Source of the DNA: Eledone cirrhosa
Lineage: Eukaryota
DNA length: 64,000 nucleotides
Direction of reading: 5' to 3'
NCBI GenBank assembly: GCA_964016885.1
Contig: OZ024744.1
Span: 9,176,001 to 9,240,000, forward strand
The position numbers were made by a program, and so were the translations under genes. This document shows, piece after piece, positions 58,401 through 64,000 of the stretch (within the stretch, counting starts at the first letter, position 1; each line of letters starts with the position of its first letter). Under the pieces are notes generated by a model that had not been told where the DNA came from, made no database searches, and saw only the letters and a program-made list of their open reading frames with translations.

Positions 58401-61400
58401 ACAACAGCGGCACCAATGTCTACAACAACAACAACAACAGCGGCACCAATGTCTACAACAACAACAACAGCGGCACCAATGTCTACAACAACAACAACAA
58501 CAGCGGCACCAATGTCTACAACAACAACAACAACACCGGCACCAATATCTACAACAACAACAACACCGGCACCAATGTCTACAACAACAACAACAGCGGC
58601 ACCAATGTCTACAACAACAACAACAACACCGGCACCAATATCTACAACAACAACAACAACAGCGGCACCAATGTCTACAACAACAACAACAACAACAACA
58701 GCGGCACCAATGTCTACAACAACAACAACACCGGCACCAATGTCTACAACAACAACGGCACCAATGTCTACAACAACAACAACAGCGGCACCAATGTCTA
58801 CAACAACAACAACACCGGCACCAATGTCTACAACAACAACAACAGCGGCACCAATGCCTACAACAACAACAACAGCGGCACCAATGTCTACAACAACAAC
58901 AACAGCGGCACCAATGTCTACAACAACAACAACAGCGGCACCAATGTCTACAACAACAACAGCGGCACCAATGTCTACAACAACAACAACAGCGGCACCA
59001 ATATCTACAACAACAACAACAGCGGCACCAATGTCTACAACAACAACAACACCAGCACCAATGTCTACAACAACAACAACAGCAGCACCAATGTCTACAA
59101 CAACAACAACAGCGGCACCAATGTCTACAACAACAACAACACCGGCACCAATGTCTACAACAACAACAACAACAGCGGCACCAACGTCTACAACAACAAC
59201 ATCAGCGGCACCAATGTCTACAACAACAACAACAGCGGCACCAATGTCTACATAAACAACAACAGCGGCACCAATGTCTACAACAACAACAACAGCGGCA
59301 CCAATGTCTACAACAACAACAACAGTGGCACCAATGTCTACAACAACAACAACAGCGGCACCAATGTCTACAACAACAACAACAGCGGCGCCAATGTCTA
59401 CAACAACAACAACAACAGCGGCACCAATGTCTACAACAACAACAACAACAGCGGCACCAATATCTACAACAACAACAACACCGGCACCAATATCTACAAC
59501 AACAACAACACCGGCACCAATGTCTACAACAACAACAACAACAGCGGCACCAATGTCTACAACAACAACAACAACAGCGGCACCAATGTCTACAACAACA
59601 ACAACAGCGGCACCAATGTCTACAACAACAACAACAGCGGCACCAATGTCTACAACAACAACAACACCGGCACCAATGTCTACAACAACAACAACACCGG
59701 CACCAATGTCTACAACAACAACAACAACAGCAGCACCAATGTCTACAACAACAACTCCGGCACCAATGTCTACAACAACAACAGCGGCACCAATGTCTAC
59801 AACAACAACAACAGCGGCACCAATGTCTACAACAACAACAACAGCGGCACCAATGTCTACCACAACAACAACAGCGGCACCAATGTCTACAACAACAACA
59901 ACAGCGGCACCAATGTCTACAACAACAACAACAACACCGGCACCAATGTCTACAACAACAACAACAGCGGCACCAATGTCTACAACAACAACAACAACAC
60001 CGGCACCAATGTCTACAACAACAACAACAGCGGCACCAATGTCTACAACAACAGCAACAACAGCGGCACCAATGTCTACAACAACAACAGCGGCACCAAT
60101 GTCTACAACAACAACAACAACACCGGCACCAATGTCTACAACAACAACAACAGCGGCACCAATGTCTACAACAACAACAACAGCGGCACCAATGTCTACA
60201 ACAACAACAACAGCGGCACCAATGTCTACAACAACAACAACAACAGCGGCACCAATGTCTACAACAACAACAGCGGCACCAATGTCTACAACAACAACAA
60301 TAACAGCGGCACCAATGTCTACAACAACAACAACAGCGGCACCAATGTCTACAACAACAGCAACAACAGCGGCACCAGTGTCTACAACAACAACAGCGGC
60401 ACCAATGTCTACAACAACATCAACACCGGCACCAATGTCTACAACAACAACAACAGCGGCACCAATGTCTACAACAACAACAACAGCGGCACCAATGTCT
60501 ACAACAACAACAACAGCGGCACCAATGTCTACAACAACAACAACAACAGCGGCACCAATGTCTACAACAACAACAACAACACCGGCACCAATGTCTACAA
60601 CAACAACAACAGCGGCACCAATGTCTACAACAACAACAACAGCGGCACCAATGTCTACAACAACAACAACACCGGCACCAATGTCTACAACAACAACAAC
60701 AGCGGCACCAATGTCTACAACAACAACAACAGCGGCACCAATGTCTACAACAACAACAACAACAGCGGCACCAATGTCTACAACAACAACAACAACAACG
60801 GCACCAATGTCTACAACAACAACAACAGCGGCACCAATGTCTACAACAACAACAACAACACCGGCACCAATGTCTACAACAACAACAACAGCGGCACCAA
60901 TGTCTACAACAACAGCAACAACAGCGGCACCAGTGTCTACAACAACAACAGCGGCACCAATGTCTACAACAACAACAACACCGGCACCAATGTCTACAAC
61001 AACAACAACAACAGCGGCACCAATGTCTACAACAACAACAACAGCGGCACCAATGTCTACAACAACAACAACAGCGGCACCAATGTCTACAACAACAACA
61101 ACAGCGGCACCAATGTCTACAACAACAACAACACCGGCACCAATGTCTACAACAACAACAACAACAGCGGCACCAATGTCTACAACAACAACAACAGCGG
61201 CACCAATGTCTACAACAACAACAACACCGGCACCAATGTCTACAACAACAACAACAGCGGCACCAATGTCTACAACAACAACAACAGCGGCACCAATGTC
61301 TACAACAACAACAACAGCGGCACCAATGTCTACAACAACAACACCGGCACCAATGTCTACAACAACAACAACAGCGGCACTAATGTCTACAACAACAACA

Positions 61401-64000
61401 ACAACAGCGGCACCAATGTCTACAACAACAACACGGGCACCAATGTCTACAACAACAACAACAGCGGCACCAATGTCTACAACAACAACAAAACCGGCAC
61501 CAATGTCTACAACAACAACAACAGCGGCACCAATGTCTACAACAACAACAACACCGGCACCAATGTCTACAACAACAACAACAGCGGCACCAATGTCTAC
61601 AACAACAACAACAGCGGCACCAATGTCTACAACAACAACAACACAGGCACCAATGTCTACAACAACAACAACACAGGCACCAATGTCTACAACAACAACA
61701 ACAACAGCGGCACCAATGTCTACAACAACAACAACAGCGGCACCAATGTCTACAACAACAACAACAACAGCGGCACCAATGTCTACAACAACAACAACAC
61801 CGGCACCAATGTCTACAACAACAACGGCACCAATGTCTACAACAACAACAACAGCGGCACCAATGTCTACAACAACAACAACACCGGCACCAATGTCTAC
61901 AACAACAACAACAGCGGCACCAATGCCTACAACAACAACAACAGCGGCACCAATGTCTACAACAACAACAACAGCGGCACCAATGTCTACAACAACAACA
62001 ACAGCGGCACCAATGTCTACAACAACAACAGCGGCACCAATGTCTACAACAACAACAACAGCGGCACCAATATCTACAACAACAACAACAGCGGCACCAA
62101 TGTCTACAACAACAACAACACCAGCACCAATGTCTACAACAACAACAACAGCAGCACCAATGTCTACAACAACAACAACAGCGGCACCAATGTCTACAAC
62201 AACAGCAACAACAGCGGCACCAATGTCTACAACAACAACAGCGGCAAAAATGTCTACAACAACAACAACACCGGCACCAATGTCTACAACAACAACAACA
62301 GCGGCACCAATGTCTACAACAACAACAACAACACCGGCATCAATGTCTACAACAACAACAACACCGGCACCAACGTCTACAACAACAACAACAGGGGCAC
62401 CAATGTCTACAACAACAATAACACCGGCACCAATGTCTACAACAACAACAACAGCGGCACCAATGTCTACAACAACAACAACAGGGGCACCAATGTCTAC
62501 AACAACAACAACAGCGGCACCAGTGTCTACAACAACAACAGCGGCACCAATGTCTACAACAACAACAACACCGGCACCAATGTCTACAACAACAACAACA
62601 GCGGCACCAATGTCTACAACACAACAACAACAGGGGCACCAACGTCTACAACAACAACAACAGGGGCACCAATGTCTACAACAACAACAACAGCGGCACC
62701 AATGTCTACAACAACAACAACAGCGGCACCAATGTCTACAACAACAACAACAGCGGCACCAATGTCTACAACAACAACAACAGCGGCACCAATGTCTACA
62801 ACAACAACAACAACAGCGGCACCAATGTCTACAACAACAACAACAGCGGCACCAATGTCTACAACAACAACAACAGCGGCACCAATGTCTACAACAACAA
62901 CAACAGCGGCACCAATGTCTACAACAACAACAACAACAGCGGCACCAATGTCTACAACAACAACAACAGCGGCACCAATGTCTACAACAACAACAACAAC
63001 AGCGGCACCAATGTCTACAACAACAACAACAACACCGGCACCAATATCTACAACAACAACAACACCGGCACCAATGTCTACAACAACAACAACAGCGGCA
63101 CCAATGTCTACAACAACAACAACAACACCGGCACCAATATCTACAACAACAACAACAACAGCGGCACCAATGTCTACAACAACAACAACAACAACAACAG
63201 CGGCACCAATGTCTACAACAACAACAACACCGGCACCAATGTCTACAACAACAACGGCACCAATGTCTACAACAACAACAACAGCGGCACCAATGTCTAC
63301 AACAACAACAACACCGGCACCAATGTCTACAACAACAACAACAGCGGCACCAATGCCTACAACAACAACAACAGCGGCACCAATGTCTACAACAACAACA
63401 ACAGCGGCACCAATGTCTACAACAACAACAACAGCGGCACCAATGTCTACAACAACAACAGCGGCACCAATGTCTACAACAACAACAACAGCGGCACCAA
63501 TATCTACAACAACAACAACAGCGGCACCAATGTCTACAACAACAACAACACCAGCACCAATGTCTACAACAACAACAACAGCAGCACCAATGTCTACAAC
63601 AACAACAACAGCGGCACCAATGTCTACAACAACAACAACACCGGCACCAATGTCTACAACAACAACAACAACAGCGGCACCAACGTCTACAACAACAACA
63701 TCAGCGGCACCAATGTCTACAACAACAACAACAGCGGCACCAATGTCTACATAAACAACAACAGCGGCACCAATGTCTACAACAACAACAACAGCGGCAC
63801 CAATGTCTACAACAACAACAACAGTGGCACCAATGTCTACAACAACAACAACAGCGGCACCAATGTCTACAACAACAACAACAGCGGCGCCAATGTCTAC
63901 AACAACAACAACAACAGCGGCACCAATGTCTACAACAACAACAACAACAGCGGCACCAATATCTACAACAACAACAACACCGGCACCAATATCTACAACA
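13411..64000 (+). repeat. Minisatellite/satellite array 2, same ~30-bp unit, more than 50 kb (about 1,600 units), with higher-order duplications; continues beyond the window end
   Basis: Abrupt start at ...CAACATCTGT|AATGTCTACAACA, uninterrupted to the window end. Unit count is estimated as length divided by ~31 bp. Confidence 0.98.

Noticed and set aside
13178-63754. Giant mucin gene from the Thr-rich ORFs (also 34..4002)
   Set aside because: No signal peptide or vWD/CysD/SEA domain in view, recurrent in-frame TAA stops, and the Thr frame terminates at 4002 while the Asn frame continues into LINE ORF1. A mucin exon cannot be fully excluded without transcripts.
1-64000. CRISPR array
   Set aside because: No unique spacers between repeats, no cas genes, eukaryotic context.
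13411-64000. Canonical telomeric repeat
   Set aside because: No TTAGGG or TTAGG-type units and no evidence of a chromosome end in the window; only the strand asymmetry is reminiscent.

Overview
Eukaryotic (animal-like) repeat DNA with no recognisable host gene. About 85% of the window is one ~30-bp minisatellite, GCGGCACCAATGTCT(ACA)4-9, in two arrays: 1-~3695 and ~13411-64000 (each running off a window edge). The first array leads directly into a Tx1/L1-clade non-LTR retrotransposon (ORF1 with a CCHC knuckle, intact 1138-aa APE-RT ORF2, 3' UTR, (ATT)n tail). The ORF track highlights the Thr-rich frame, but the frame continuous with ORF1 is the Asn-rich one, (SGTNVYNNNN)n. The satellite therefore looks like an expanded, prion-like coding repeat from the N-terminus of a retrotransposon ORF1. 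The second array exceeds 50 kb, has nested higher-order duplications (~4.5 kb and ~18.8 kb) and shares variant haplotypes with the first. The spacer between arrays (9.2-13.4 kb) holds TA/TG microsatellites, a perfect 258-bp palindrome, two copies of a small repeat with degenerate hammerhead-like motifs, a short inverted repeat and a deleted Helitron. The giant poly-Thr, poly-Val and poly-Cys ORFs are by-products of a stop-poor triplet-based repeat. All calls are by eye; no searches were run.
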